NCBI GenBank assembly: GCA_965212115.1
Contig: CBDBUR010000001.1
Location: 240,596-304,595, forward strand
Reading direction: 5' to 3'
Length of the DNA: 64,000 nucleotides
From: Alphaproteobacteria bacterium
Lineage (GTDB): Bacteria > Pseudomonadota > Alphaproteobacteria > JAPOUT01 > G958296285
In this document: positions 8,058 to 18,005 of the stretch, piece after piece
How the letters are laid out: the number at the start of each line of letters is the position of its first letter
Numbering within the stretch: position 1 is the stretch's first letter
The notes under the pieces: generated by a model
Told to the model about the DNA's origin: nothing
Database searches by the model: none
Seen by the model: the letters and a program-made list of their open reading frames with translations, nothing else
Made by a program: the position numbers and the translations under genes

Positions 8058-10487
8058 TTAATGCGTCATTCGGGTGCTTTCGGGGTTATCAGCGCCAGAT
8101 ACGGGCGGCGGTGTTCCTTCATCCCATTCGATTGGGACGGGCATTCTGGTCAGCACGTGAGGGAAGATTTCATCGATGGTTTTGATCTCGACGATTTTGA
8201 TTTTGTTTTTGATGTTATCAGGGATATCGGCGAGGTCTTTGACATTGTCGTGGGGGATCAGGATTTTTTTAACGCCGGCGCGTAAAGCGGCGATCATTTT
8301 CTCCTTGAGGCCACCGATCGGCAAAACCCGTCCACGCAAAGTGATTTCGCCGGTCATCGAGACGTCGCGCCGGACGGGTATTTCAGTCGCGACCGAAACG
8401 ATTGACGTGATGATGGCGACGCCTGCTGACGGGCCATCTTTGGGGGTTGCGGCTTCGGGCACATGGACATGGATGTCGCGCCGCTCAAACAAAGAGGGCT
8501 CAATGCCGAATTCCGGCGCATGCGAGCGGACATAGGCTTGCGCTGCGGCGATCGATTCTTTCATCACGTCGCGCAGATTGCCGGTGATCGACATTTTTCC
8601 TTTGCCGGGGGTTAAGACGCTCTCAATGGTCAATAATTCTCCACCATATTGCGTCCACGCCATGCCGGTGGCGATACCGACCTTATTTTCGGGTTCGATC
8701 TCATCATGGATATATTTCGGCACACCGAGCAGGTCGCCGAGGTTGCCTTGAGTGATAGCGACGTGCTCTATTTTTTCGATCAGCAGCTTTTTGACCGATT
8801 TGCGCGCGGCAGCACTAATTTCGCGCTCAAGGGTTCGGACACCGGCCTCGCGCGTATAAAGCTGGATCAGCATGCGCAGCGCCTCATCGTCGAGGGTCCA
8901 CTCCTTGTCTTTGAGAGCGTGGGTTTCCATGACTTTGGGGATCAGATGACGGCGTGCGATTTCCATTTTTTCATCTTCGGTATAACCGGGCAGACGGATG
9001 ATCTCCATGCGGTCGAGCAGCGCCGGTGGGATATCGAGCGTATTGGCGGTCGTGATGAACATCACATCGGAGAGGTTATATTCAACCTCAAGGTAATGAT
9101 CGGTGAAGGCGTTGTTTTGCTCGGGGTCCAAGACTTCGAGCAAAGCGGCAGCGGGATCGCCGCGGAAATCGGTGCCGATTTTATCGACCTCATCGAGTAG
9201 GAAGAGCGGGTTTGAATATTTAACTTTCTTCATGGACTGGATGATTCGTCCCGGCATGGATCCGATATAGGTTCGGCGATGGCCGCGGATTTCGGCTTCA
9301 TCGCGCACACCGCCTAAAGACATTCGGACGAATTGCCGTCCTGTGGCGCGCGCGACCGACTTGCCCAGCGACGTCTTGCCGACGCCTGGCGGCCCGACAA
9401 GACAAAGTATAGGGCCCCGCAATTTGCCCGCGCGCTTTTGCACTGCGAGATATTCGACGATTCGATCCTTGACTTTTTCGAGGCCATAATGATCTTCATC
9501 GAGGATTTTTTGCGCTTCGGCGAGATCGATTTTAATATCGGCCTTTTTGTTCCACGGCAGGGAGACAATCCAGTCGAGATAGTTGCGCACGACGGTTGAT
9601 TCAGCGGACATCATATTCATCTGTTTGAGCTTTTTGAGCTCGCTGTTGGCTTTTGCGCGCGCTTCTTTGGGGAGCTTGGCCTCTTTGATTTTTTTTTCGA
9701 GTTCTGCGATGTCGCCGACGGAGTCGTCGCCGTCGCCGAGCTCATTCTGGATCGCTTTGAGCTGTTCGTTGAGATAATATTCGCGCTGGGTTTTTTCCAT
9801 CTGATTTTTGACGCGCCCGCGAATTTTTTTCTCAAGTTTGAGCGTGCTAATTTCTTTTTCCATCAGGGCATAGATTTTTTCAAACCGCTCGGCGAGGGTT
9901 TCGGTTTCCATGAGGTCTTGCCGCTCCTCGATGCTTTGCGCAACATGAGCAGCGATGATATCGGCGAGTTTGGTATCTTCATCAACATCGGCGATCGACG
10001 CGACTGTTTCGGCGTTGAGATTCTTTTTCAAGCGCACATAGCTTTCAAAGCGCTGCGCGACCGATTTGGAAAGGATTTCGAGTTTTTTTGCATCGCCTTG
10101 GCTGTCGCTGACTTCGAGGATATCGGCTTCGAGGAAGCCGTCATGCAAGCGGACTTCTTCGATGCGTCCGCGGCAGATGCCCTCGACGAGGACTTTCATT
10201 GTTCCGTCGGGCAGTTTGAGGATTTGCAGCACTGAGGCGATCACGCCAGTGTGATAGAAATCATTTTCGTCGGGATCGTTTTTGATGGCGTCTTTTTGTG
10301 TAACGAGCATGATGCGTCCTTTGTCGCCGACGACCTGCTCAAGCGCGCGCACCGATTTAGGCCGCCCGACAAATAGAGGCGCGATCATATGAGGGAAGAC
10401 GACGAGGTCGCGCAGCGGCAGAACTGGCAGCGTGACGCGCCCTTTAATGCCTGGCTGGGTTTTTATATTGTTTTGCTCATCGCTCAT
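8058..10487 (-). CDS. lon: ATP-dependent Lon protease
   Basis: The ORF shows LPVLPLRDLVVFPHM (LON N-domain), GPPGVGKTSLGKS (Walker A) and PKDGPSAGVAI (catalytic Ser motif). The track ORF starts at 10541. I prefer the internal ATG (MSDEQNN) at 10487, so the start is uncertain by 54 nt. Confidence 0.93.
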   Translation of the reverse strand: MSDEQNNIKTQPGIKGRVTLPVLPLRDLVVFPHMIAPLFVGRPKSVRALEQVVGDKGRIMLVTQKDAIKNDPDENDFYHTGVIASVLQILKLPDGTMKVLVEGICRGRIEEVRLHDGFLEADILEVSDSQGDAKKLEILSKSVAQRFESYVRLKKNLNAETVASIADVDEDTKLADIIAAHVAQSIEERQDLMETETLAERFEKIYALMEKEISTLKLEKKIRGRVKNQMEKTQREYYLNEQLKAIQNELGDGDDSVGDIAELEKKIKEAKLPKEARAKANSELKKLKQMNMMSAESTVVRNYLDWIVSLPWNKKADIKIDLAEAQKILDEDHYGLEKVKDRIVEYLAVQKRAGKLRGPILCLVGPPGVGKTSLGKSVARATGRQFVRMSLGGVRDEAEIRGHRRTYIGSMPGRIIQSMKKVKYSNPLFLLDEVDKIGTDFRGDPAAALLEVLDPEQNNAFTDHYLEVEYNLSDVMFITTANTLDIPPALLDRMEIIRLPGYTEDEKMEIARRHLIPKVMETHALKDKEWTLDDEALRMLIQLYTREAGVRTLEREISAAARKSVKKLLIEKIEHVAITQGNLGDLLGVPKYIHDEIEPENKVGIATGMAWTQYGGELLTIESVLTPGKGKMSITGNLRDVMKESIAAAQAYVRSHAPEFGIEPSLFERRDIHVHVPEAATPKDGPSAGVAIITSIVSVATEIPVRRDVSMTGEITLRGRVLPIGGLKEKMIAALRAGVKKILIPHDNVKDLADIPDNIKNKIKIVEIKTIDEIFPHVLTRMPVPIEWDEGTPPPVSGADNPESTRMTH

Positions 10488-10617
10488 AATCGAATCCTTT
10501 GCTCTTGAAGACAGCATGACGACATCACCGAGAATATGCAAATCACATAGCTCTCATCTACCATATTTGCATGAGATTCGCGGATTTCAAGGCAAATTAG
10601 GCATTATATTTCATGGG

Positions 10618-10694
10618 TGGCGGGAGTGACGGGACTCGAACCCGCGGCCTCTGGCGTGACAGGCCAGCGCTCTAACCAACTGAGCTACACCCCC
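10618..10694 (-). tRNA. tRNA-Asp (anticodon GTC)
   Basis: The minus strand reads GGGGGTGTAGCTCAGTTGGTTAGAGCGCTGGCCTGTCACGCCAGAGGCCGCGGGTTCGAGTCCCGTCACTCCCGCCA. The anticodon stem is CTGGC/GCCAG with loop CTGTCAC, the T-loop is GGTTCGAGTCC, and CCA is encoded. Confidence 0.92.
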
Positions 10695-10774
10695 TTCAAG
10701 GCGTATTTTCTTTGATAGGCCTGCGCGAGAGCGGCGTCAACATGATATATAGAAATAAAGTCTTGGGGGAGTTT

Positions 10775-12235
10775 ATGACGAGTTATGCGAAATTTCGGAT
10801 AACGGGGCTGATTGCGGGTCCGGTTTTTTTTGCGGGGGTGATGGCGTTTGCGCCGGACGAAGACATGGTCTGGCGATTGGGCGCGGTGATTTTATGGATG
10901 CTGATTTGGTGGGTGAGCGAAGCAGCGCCTCTGGCGGCTACGTCATTGCTGCCGATTATTGTGCTGCCGATTTTGGGGGTAAGAGAGGCGTCGGCAGTGA
11001 TGAGCAATTACGCGCATCCGCTGATTTTTTTAATGTTTGCCGGTCTGACGATCGCGCTGGCGATGCAGCGCGCGCACTTACATCGCCGAATTGTGGTGGC
11101 GATTTTGCGCCGCACCGGCACGCGTGTTGATGGTGTCATTTTAGGGTTCATGCTTGCCTCAGCCCTGTTGAGCATGTGGCTGAGCAACACAGCAACGACA
11201 GCAGCGATGCTCCCGATTGCCTTATCATTCATTGCGATTTTGACGGCGCCGCTCGATGCCTCGCGTGATGAGCCGCCGCGGCGCGAAGAGATGACCACAC
11301 AGCAGCATCGTCTTGCCTTGACGATTTTGTTGGGCATTGCCTATGCGGCGAACATTGGCGGCACGGCGACGCTCATCGGCACGGCGCCGAACGCTTTGTT
11401 TGCGGGTTATATGTCAACGCGGTTTGGTCTGGACGTCGATTTTCTAAGCTGGATGATGATGACGCTGCCCTTCACGATCATCATGCTGTTTGTGATGTGG
11501 TTTATGCTGACGCGACTGATTTATCCCAGCACACTTGGCAGGCTTGACGGCTTTGAGCAAGTTCTCGACAAGGCTGAAGAGGAGCTCGGTGAGATGTCGC
11601 GTGAGGAGAAAGCGGTTGCGATTTTATTTGCGGTGACGGTATTTTTATGGATTTTCCACCGCCTGATTCCACTTGAAGGTTTGGACAATGCGGTGATTGG
11701 CGTAGCGGCATCGGTAGCCTGTTTTGCGGTTCCGGTGCGGCTGCGGCCTTTGCAGTTCATGCTGCGCTGGCAAGACATGCGAAATTTATCGTGGGGGGTT
11801 TTATTGCTGCTGGGCGGCGGTCTCGCGCTCGGCGATGCGATGACTGCAACGGGTCTGTCGGCGTCATTGGGACGCCTCGTGATTGAATATTCAGCGCTGG
11901 GGGATAATATCTGGATGGCCTTTGCGGCGCTGGGCCTGACACTGACCGAGTTTGCCAGCAACACAGCGATGACAGCAACTTTACTGCCGGTGATTTCCGA
12001 GATCGCTGCCGAACAGGGGCGCAGCCCCCTAATGTTTGGTGTGCCGCTGACATTGGCGACCTCGTGCGCGTTCATGATGCCGATGGCGACGCCGCCGAAC
12101 GCTTTAGTTTTTGCGAGCGGTTATATTCGCGTTGCCGAGATGGTCCGCGCTGGATTTTTAATTAACATTGCCGCGTTGGTTGTATTGATTCTGATCTTGC
12201 AGATCACGGTGCCCTTTGTCGCGGCGCTGATTTAG
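10775..12235 (+). CDS. DASS/SLC13-family anion (dicarboxylate/sulfate):cation symporter
   Basis: Polytopic membrane ORF with repeated SNTA(T/M)TA hairpin motifs (WLSNTATTAAMLPI and EFASNTAMTATLLPV), which are typical of the DASS family. The start is placed at the internal ATG (MTSYAKF); the track ORF begins at 10712. Confidence 0.8.
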   Translation: MTSYAKFRITGLIAGPVFFAGVMAFAPDEDMVWRLGAVILWMLIWWVSEAAPLAATSLLPIIVLPILGVREASAVMSNYAHPLIFLMFAGLTIALAMQRAHLHRRIVVAILRRTGTRVDGVILGFMLASALLSMWLSNTATTAAMLPIALSFIAILTAPLDASRDEPPRREEMTTQQHRLALTILLGIAYAANIGGTATLIGTAPNALFAGYMSTRFGLDVDFLSWMMMTLPFTIIMLFVMWFMLTRLIYPSTLGRLDGFEQVLDKAEEELGEMSREEKAVAILFAVTVFLWIFHRLIPLEGLDNAVIGVAASVACFAVPVRLRPLQFMLRWQDMRNLSWGVLLLLGGGLALGDAMTATGLSASLGRLVIEYSALGDNIWMAFAALGLTLTEFASNTAMTATLLPVISEIAAEQGRSPLMFGVPLTLATSCAFMMPMATPPNALVFASGYIRVAEMVRAGFLINIAALVVLILILQITVPFVAALI

Positions 12236-12288
12236 AGTCAAAGAGGATTTATATAAAAAGCGCGCTTAAAATTTTCAAAAGCCTCTAT

Positions 12289-13158
12289 TTATCTTCTTCT
12301 GACGCGCATGAGGCCTTCTTGGATGGCCGACGCGACAAGCCGCCCGTTGCTTGTATAGATCAAGCCGCGATTATATCCGCGTGCGCTTGACGTCGAGGGG
12401 CTGTCTTGAACATAGAGCAGCCACTCATCGGCGCGGAAGGGCCGATGAAACCACAAAGCGTGATCGAGGCTGGCCATTTGGATATTTTCGTTAAGCCAGT
12501 TAATGCCGTGCGGTGCGAGGCTGGTATCGAGCAGCGACATATCTGATGCATAGCTCAGCACACACAGGTGGATTTTGGGATCATCGGGGAGTTTTCCTTT
12601 GGCGCGCAGCCACACCGATTGGGGTTCGGTGGTTGGCTGCGGATCGAGCAGGTGGCGCCGATTAACAGGACGCAATTCGATCGGGCGGCGGCGGAGGAAA
12701 TGTTCACGGAATTGTTCGGGGATTTTATTGGCGATTTTTTCTCTGATGTTGTTTTCGCTTTCGAGGTTATCGGGCGCTGGGACATCGGGCATGGGGACGG
12801 CGTGTTCAAGGCCGGTTTCTTCGATTTGGAACGAAGCGGCCATGTGGAAAATTTCTTTGGCTTTTTGCGTAGCGATGACGCGGCGCGACGAGAAACTTTG
12901 GCCATTGCGGCTGCGCACGACCTCATAGAGGATCGGCGTCGTGGGATCACCGGGGCGCAAGAAATAAGAATGGAGCGAATGACAAGCGCGTTCGTCGTCG
13001 ATGGTGCGCTGCGCGGCGACGAGCGCTTGCGCGACCACTTGACCTCCGAACACGCGGCCCCAGCCGCCGGGCGGACTGTTGCCGCGAAAGAAATTGATAT
13101 CGATTTTTTCAAGGTCGAGGAGTTCAACGAGCGCATCGACATTATGAGCCATGCTCAT
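12289..13158 (-). CDS. tesB: Acyl-CoA thioesterase II
   Basis: The sequence LVELLDLEKIDINFFRGNSP...VFGGQVVAQAL...HSLHSYFLRPGD...LDHALWFH matches the double hot-dog TesB pattern. The start is placed at MSMAHNV (13158), so the gene does not overlap the upstream GST gene that ends at 13163. Confidence 0.85.
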   Translation of the reverse strand: MSMAHNVDALVELLDLEKIDINFFRGNSPPGGWGRVFGGQVVAQALVAAQRTIDDERACHSLHSYFLRPGDPTTPILYEVVRSRNGQSFSSRRVIATQKAKEIFHMAASFQIEETGLEHAVPMPDVPAPDNLESENNIREKIANKIPEQFREHFLRRRPIELRPVNRRHLLDPQPTTEPQSVWLRAKGKLPDDPKIHLCVLSYASDMSLLDTSLAPHGINWLNENIQMASLDHALWFHRPFRADEWLLYVQDSPSTSSARGYNRGLIYTSNGRLVASAIQEGLMRVRRR

Positions 13159-13162
13159 GGGA

Positions 13163-13999
13163 TCATCGCGATCGCGCGCGCTGTCCGAACAGGACCGCGC
13201 GCGCTTTTTTAGCTTCTTTGGAATCTGCGGCGAGATTGGAGCGCAATTCGGCGCCGGCATGGAATCCGCGCTGGACGGCGGGACGATCGCTGACACGTTT
13301 GAACCAGGCTTTGAGGTAAGGGAAATCAGCGAGGTCTTGGCCTTGCATGCCGTGTGGCAGCACCCAGCCCCAGCAAGCCATGTCGGCGATGGAATAGCTG
13401 CCAGCGAGATATTTCTGTTTTTTGAGCTGCGTGTTCATGACACCATAGAGTCGATTGACTTCATCGGTATATCGTTTAATTCCATAGGGATTGTCTTCGC
13501 CGTTGCTGGGAGCATATTGGCGAAAATGATGCGCTTGGCCGGCCATCGGACCAAGCCCACCCATCTGCCAGAACAGCCATTGATCGACGAGCATACGATT
13601 GCGCTCATTTTTGGGGTAGAATTTTCCGGTTTTGCGGCCGAGATATTGCAGGATCGCGCCGGATTCGAAGATAGAGATTGGCTTATGGCTCGGGCCTTGG
13701 GGATCGACGATTGCGGGCATTCGGTTATTGGGCGAGATTTTCAAGAAAGCGGGCTTAAACTGGTCGCCGCTGCCGATATTGACCGGCTTGATCTTATAAG
13801 GCAGGCCACATTCTTCGAGCATGATGGAAACTTTCCATCCATTTGGAGTTGGCCAATAATAGAGCTCGATAGGATTTTTAGGATTAGAAGCGCGTTTTGT
13901 TTTTGTTGCGGCTTTCTTTTTGGTCACGGGCTTTTTGGTCACGGGCTTTTTAGCTGTGATTTTTTTTGCGGTTTTCTTTGCAGTTTTCTTTATAGCCAT
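13163..13999 (-). CDS. Glutathione S-transferase (Nu/YfcG-YghU-like) with an N-terminal lysine-rich histone-H1-like tail
   Basis: The GST fold begins at PIELYYWPTPNGWKVSIMLEECGLPY. It is preceded in frame by MAIKKTAKKTAKKITAKKPVTKKPVTKKKAATKTKRAS. A GGAGGG Shine-Dalgarno lies 7 nt upstream of the ATG at 13997-13999. There is no alternative in-frame start between the tail and the GST domain. Confidence 0.8.
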   Translation of the reverse strand: MAIKKTAKKTAKKITAKKPVTKKPVTKKKAATKTKRASNPKNPIELYYWPTPNGWKVSIMLEECGLPYKIKPVNIGSGDQFKPAFLKISPNNRMPAIVDPQGPSHKPISIFESGAILQYLGRKTGKFYPKNERNRMLVDQWLFWQMGGLGPMAGQAHHFRQYAPSNGEDNPYGIKRYTDEVNRLYGVMNTQLKKQKYLAGSYSIADMACWGWVLPHGMQGQDLADFPYLKAWFKRVSDRPAVQRGFHAGAELRSNLAADSKEAKKARAVLFGQRARSR

Positions 14000-14159
14000 G
14001 TTGGACCCTCCTTCTATCAAAGAGGGCTATTTGAGGCTATAAGGAGCTTATTGTCAACAAAGAAAACATCGAGAGAACCAGTCCGGGCAGGAAGAGGATT
14101 GATTTTCTTCACTGCCCTAAACTGGAACTCACATGATCTATCGCTGGATGCCTTGAAGA

Positions 14160-14414
14160 CTACGCAGATCTTTTTTTCCGCCGCGTTGTTTTGCGTTTAG
14201 CGGTTTTGCGTTTGGGCGTCTTGCGTTTAGCGGTTTTCCGTTTAGCGGTTTTCCGTTTGGCTGTCTTGCGCTTAGCGGCTTTTTTGACGGTTTTCCGTTT
14301 GGCGGTTTTCCGTTTAGCTGTCTTGCGCTTAGCAGCTTTCTTGACGGTTTTCCGTTTAGCGGTTTTCCGTTTGGCGGTTTTCTTTTTGGCAGTTGATTTA
14401 CGTTTTACAGGCAT
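14160..14414 (-). CDS. Histone H1-like lysine/alanine-rich repeat protein (about 85 aa, almost entirely AKRKT repeats)
   Basis: MPVKRKSTAKKKTAKRKTAKRKTVKKAAKRKTAKRKTAKRKTVKKAAKRKT... A GGAG lies upstream of the ATG at 14414. The longer 121-aa track ORF has an implausible hydrophobic, low-complexity leader. Confidence 0.6.
   Translation of the reverse strand: MPVKRKSTAKKKTAKRKTAKRKTVKKAAKRKTAKRKTAKRKTVKKAAKRKTAKRKTAKRKTAKRKTPKRKTAKRKTTRRKKRSA
14186..14390. repeat. Tandem 15-bp / 60-bp coding repeats underlying the AKRKT pentapeptide array
   Basis: Repeated gcggttttccgttta-type 15-mers are visible in the sequence. A higher-order unit of about 60 bp (gacggttttccgtttggcggttttccgtttagctgtcttgcgcttagc...) is repeated twice. 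Confidence 0.8.
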
Positions 14415-14671
14415 GATTTCTACTCCTACAGTTTGGTTTTCGTTATCTCTGTTTGCTTTCTTGGACGAAAACTTATAGCGAGATGGAATTGTGTTTAGAG
14501 TTGCGCAAAAAAAATAAAACAGCAAGTTTTTATTGCATTTGTTTTTTGTGCGTGACGCATCAACAAAACGAAAGAAGTTTTTCTATTTTTTCATTTTTGG
14601 GTGTTGCGGCGCAAGGATTTGTTAACTTTTCGAATCAGCTTCAATTAGGCGGTGAGCCTGCTTTTCGAGCG

Positions 14672-16153
14672 TTAGGCGGTTAGATTGAGTTTTTTGCGCA
14701 AGATGTCATTAACGGTTTGCGGATTTGCTTTGCCTTGCGTTTCTTTCATCACTTGCCCGACAAACCACGCCAACATTTTTGGTTTAGCCTTGACGCGCTC
14801 AATTTTGTCCAGATTTTGCGCAATAATAGAATCACATGCGGCTTCTATTTTTTTGGCATCGGTGACTTGTTGCAGGCCTTTTTCTTCAATGATGAGATCG
14901 GGAAGCTGGCTTGTGTCGTACATAATTTCGAAGACCTGTTTTGCGATTTTGCCGGAGATGACATTGTCTTTGATGCGGGTGATAAGCTGTGCGAGCGCTT
15001 CGGCAGAGACGGGGGAGTTGTCTATCGAGCGTTCGGTTTTATTGAGGTGAGCGAGGAGCTCGCTGAGGATCCAGTTAGCGGCCTGTTTGGCGGGGATTTT
15101 TGCTTCTGCGATCAATTTAGCGGTCTGTTCAAAGAAATTGGCGCGGGTGCGCTCGGTGGTGAGCACAGCAGCTTCATAGGCAGTGAGGTCATATTCGGAT
15201 TGGAAGCGCTGTTTTTTTTGATCTGGCAGTTCGGGCAGGGAAGTTTTGATTTGCTCGACTTTATTTTTATCCAGCACGAGAGGCGGGAGATCGGGATCGG
15301 GGAAGTATCGATAATCATGGGCGTCTTCTTTGGAGCGCATCGAGCGTGTTTGACCTTGAGCGCTGTCGAACAATCTTGTTTCCTGCGTGATGGTTTCGCC
15401 ATTTTCAATGATCTTGATCTGACGTTGTGATTCATAATCTATCGCCTGAACGATGGCGCGCATAGAGTTGAGGTTTTTGATTTCGCAGCGTGTGCCGAGC
15501 GGCGCGCCGTGATGACGCACCGAGACATTAACATCGGCGCGCAGAGAGCCCTGCTCCATATTGCCATCGCAGACGTTGAGGTAGCGCAAGATGGTGCGCA
15601 GCTTGCGGACATATTGGCGTGCTTCATCGGCTGAGCGCATATCGGGTTTGGAGACGATCTCCATCAGCCCGATACCCGCGCGATTGAGATCGACGAAGCT
15701 TAGATTGGCGCTGCCTTGGGTTTCTTCATGGATATTTTTACCGGCGTCCTGTTCGATGTGGAGGCGTTCGATTCCGATTTTGCGTATTTGTCCATCGGCG
15801 AGGTCGAGGATGATCTCGCCGCCGGTGGCGATTGGATGTTCATATTGCGAGATTTGGTAGCCCTGCGGCAGGTCGGGATAGAAATAATTTTTGCGATCAA
15901 ACCGCGAGGTCGAGTGGATTTCCGCGCCTAGACCCAGAGCGGCGCGCACAGCCTGATAGACGCAGGCCATATTGACGACCGGCAAAGTGCCGGGGAAAGC
16001 AGCGTCGAGCAGAGCTAATTGCGTGTTGGGGGCGGCGCCGAACTCTGTCGGCGCAGAGGAGAACAATTTAGTTTTGGATATGATCTGCGCATGGACTTCA
16101 AGTCCGATGACGATTTCCCAATTATCATTATCACTCATTTTTAATTCCACCAT
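14672..16153 (-). CDS. gatB: Asp-tRNA(Asn)/Glu-tRNA(Gln) amidotransferase subunit B
   Basis: [13 protein letters not shown]..., [15 protein letters not shown], and a C-terminal GatB/YqeY domain. The alternative start MSDNDNW at 16138 is equally plausible. Confidence 0.93.
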   Translation of the reverse strand: MVELKMSDNDNWEIVIGLEVHAQIISKTKLFSSAPTEFGAAPNTQLALLDAAFPGTLPVVNMACVYQAVRAALGLGAEIHSTSRFDRKNYFYPDLPQGYQISQYEHPIATGGEIILDLADGQIRKIGIERLHIEQDAGKNIHEETQGSANLSFVDLNRAGIGLMEIVSKPDMRSADEARQYVRKLRTILRYLNVCDGNMEQGSLRADVNVSVRHHGAPLGTRCEIKNLNSMRAIVQAIDYESQRQIKIIENGETITQETRLFDSAQGQTRSMRSKEDAHDYRYFPDPDLPPLVLDKNKVEQIKTSLPELPDQKKQRFQSEYDLTAYEAAVLTTERTRANFFEQTAKLIAEAKIPAKQAANWILSELLAHLNKTERSIDNSPVSAEALAQLITRIKDNVISGKIAKQVFEIMYDTSQLPDLIIEEKGLQQVTDAKKIEAACDSIIAQNLDKIERVKAKPKMLAWFVGQVMKETQGKANPQTVNDILRKKLNLTA

Positions 16154-17616
16154 TTTTTAGGCTGATGATCAAACTGCGCGGCCTGTTCGAGCATGGCGGC
16201 GGCTTGGAGCATTGTTGCTTCGTCAAAGCGTCGGCCAATGATCTGCAATGACAGAGGCAGCCTTTGCTCGGACAGGCCGACCGGCACTGACATTGCGGGC
16301 AATCCGGCGAGGCTCGCAGGCACGGTAAAGACATCATTCATATACATAGCGAGCGGATCGACTTGACTTCCGAGCGGAAAAGCATCACTAGGCGTTGCGG
16401 GGGTCAACAGGACATCGATGTTATTTTCAAAAGCGTCTTCGAACTCTTGAGCGATGATCGTGCGCACTTTATGGGCTTTGAGGTAATAGGCGTCATAATA
16501 TCCGGCGGAGAGCGCATAGGTGCCGATGAGGAGGCGGCGCTTGACTTCATCGCCAAAGCCTTCGGCGCGGGTTTGGGCATACATATCTTTGAGGCTGGCT
16601 TTTTTTTTGCGCAGGCCGTAGCGGACGCCATCATAGCGCGCGAGGTTGGATGATGCTTCAGCAGGCGCGATAATATAATAGGTGGGGAGCGCATATTTTG
16701 TGTGCGGCAAGGAGACATCGACGATTTCAGCGCCCTGTTCTTTGAGCCATGTTATGCCCTTTGCCCATAAGGTTTGGATTTGCGCGGGCAGATCATCAAG
16801 CCGATATTCTTGGGGAATTCCGACGCGGAGTCCATCGCGCGCCTGATTAAGCTTGGCGCAAAGATCGGGGAGGGGCCTATCGGACGAAGTTGAATCTTTT
16901 GGATCATGGCCAGCGATGATCTGCAGCATCAAGGCGGCATCTTCAACCGACCTGGTGATCGTTCCGGCCTGATCCAAAGACGAAGCAAATGCGACAATGC
17001 CCCAGCGCGAACATCTTCCGTAGGTGGGTTTGAGTCCGACGGTTCCGGTGAAGGCGGCGGGCTGTCTGAGCGATCCGCCGGTATCGGTGCCGAGCGCAGC
17101 AAGACACAGACCGGCGGCGACGCTCGCCGACGGCCCTCCCGACGAGCCGCCGGGCGAGCGCGGTGTTGGATCATTATCGGCGCGCCACGGATTAATGACC
17201 GGTCCCCAGCAGCTTGTTTCATTGGATGAGCCCATCGCGAACTCATCGGTGTTGAGCTTGCCGAGCATCACCGCGCCTTGTTGTTCGAGTTTTTCGGTCA
17301 CGGTGGACGAATAGATCGGCACAAAGTTTTCCAAGATGCGGCTTGCGGCGGTGGTTCGGCAATTTTTTGTGCAGAAGAGGTCTTTGATACCGATCGGGAT
17401 ACCGTCGAGCGCGTGATTATTTCCGGCGGCGATGCGGCGATCGGCCTGTTCGGCTTGATCGAGCGCGCTCTCGGCGGCAACGAGCACGAAGGCATTGAGC
17501 GCTTGGGCTTCGGCGATTGCTTTAAGTGCGTCTTGGGTCAATTCTTTAGCGGAGAACTTGTGCTGACGCAGGCCTTTCAATGCGGCTTTTATGGTGAGAG
17601 CGGTTAATTCACCCAT
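16141..17616 (-). CDS. gatA: Glutamyl-tRNA(Gln) amidotransferase subunit A
   Basis: 491-aa amidase-signature protein ([28 protein letters not shown]) sitting between gatC and gatB. Confidence 0.93.
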   Translation of the reverse strand: MGELTALTIKAALKGLRQHKFSAKELTQDALKAIAEAQALNAFVLVAAESALDQAEQADRRIAAGNNHALDGIPIGIKDLFCTKNCRTTAASRILENFVPIYSSTVTEKLEQQGAVMLGKLNTDEFAMGSSNETSCWGPVINPWRADNDPTPRSPGGSSGGPSASVAAGLCLAALGTDTGGSLRQPAAFTGTVGLKPTYGRCSRWGIVAFASSLDQAGTITRSVEDAALMLQIIAGHDPKDSTSSDRPLPDLCAKLNQARDGLRVGIPQEYRLDDLPAQIQTLWAKGITWLKEQGAEIVDVSLPHTKYALPTYYIIAPAEASSNLARYDGVRYGLRKKKASLKDMYAQTRAEGFGDEVKRRLLIGTYALSAGYYDAYYLKAHKVRTIIAQEFEDAFENNIDVLLTPATPSDAFPLGSQVDPLAMYMNDVFTVPASLAGLPAMSVPVGLSEQRLPLSLQIIGRRFDEATMLQAAAMLEQAAQFDHQPKKWWN

Positions 17617-17619
17617 TAT

Positions 17620-17931
17620 TCACTCGTTAGTTTTGGGCGTTACAAAGAATCCGCTTTGAGTTTCGGGCGCATTTTTGAGAATTTCGTCGCGTGAGACGGG
17701 CTGTGTGGCTTCGTCCTTGCGGGCGGGCGCGGTGGCGTTATGCGCTCCGACTTGATAATCGAAGTGGATATGATCGGTATTCACTTGCTGCAATTGACCG
17801 ATCCAGTCCAAGATGTGGCTGAGCTCATTGGCGATTGCGGCGCATTTTTCGTCGGGCACGGCGATATGCGCCAGACGAGCGATTTCGCGCACGGTTTTTT
17901 CATCGATTATTTTGGGCATTATTTTGGACAT
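17620..17931 (-). CDS. gatC: Glutamyl-tRNA(Gln) amidotransferase subunit C
   Basis: Small ORF immediately upstream of gatA with the IARLAHIAVPDEK...ILDWIGQLQQVNT pattern. The start is ambiguous (17952, 17931 or 17919). Confidence 0.85.
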   Translation of the reverse strand: MSKIMPKIIDEKTVREIARLAHIAVPDEKCAAIANELSHILDWIGQLQQVNTDHIHFDYQVGAHNATAPARKDEATQPVSRDEILKNAPETQSGFFVTPKTNE

Positions 17932-18005
17932 ATTTTGGTTATAGCCCCTCATCTATATAGTATAATTGAGGGAGTCAGGACAAAATCTATCGGGGAGATG
18001 GACAC

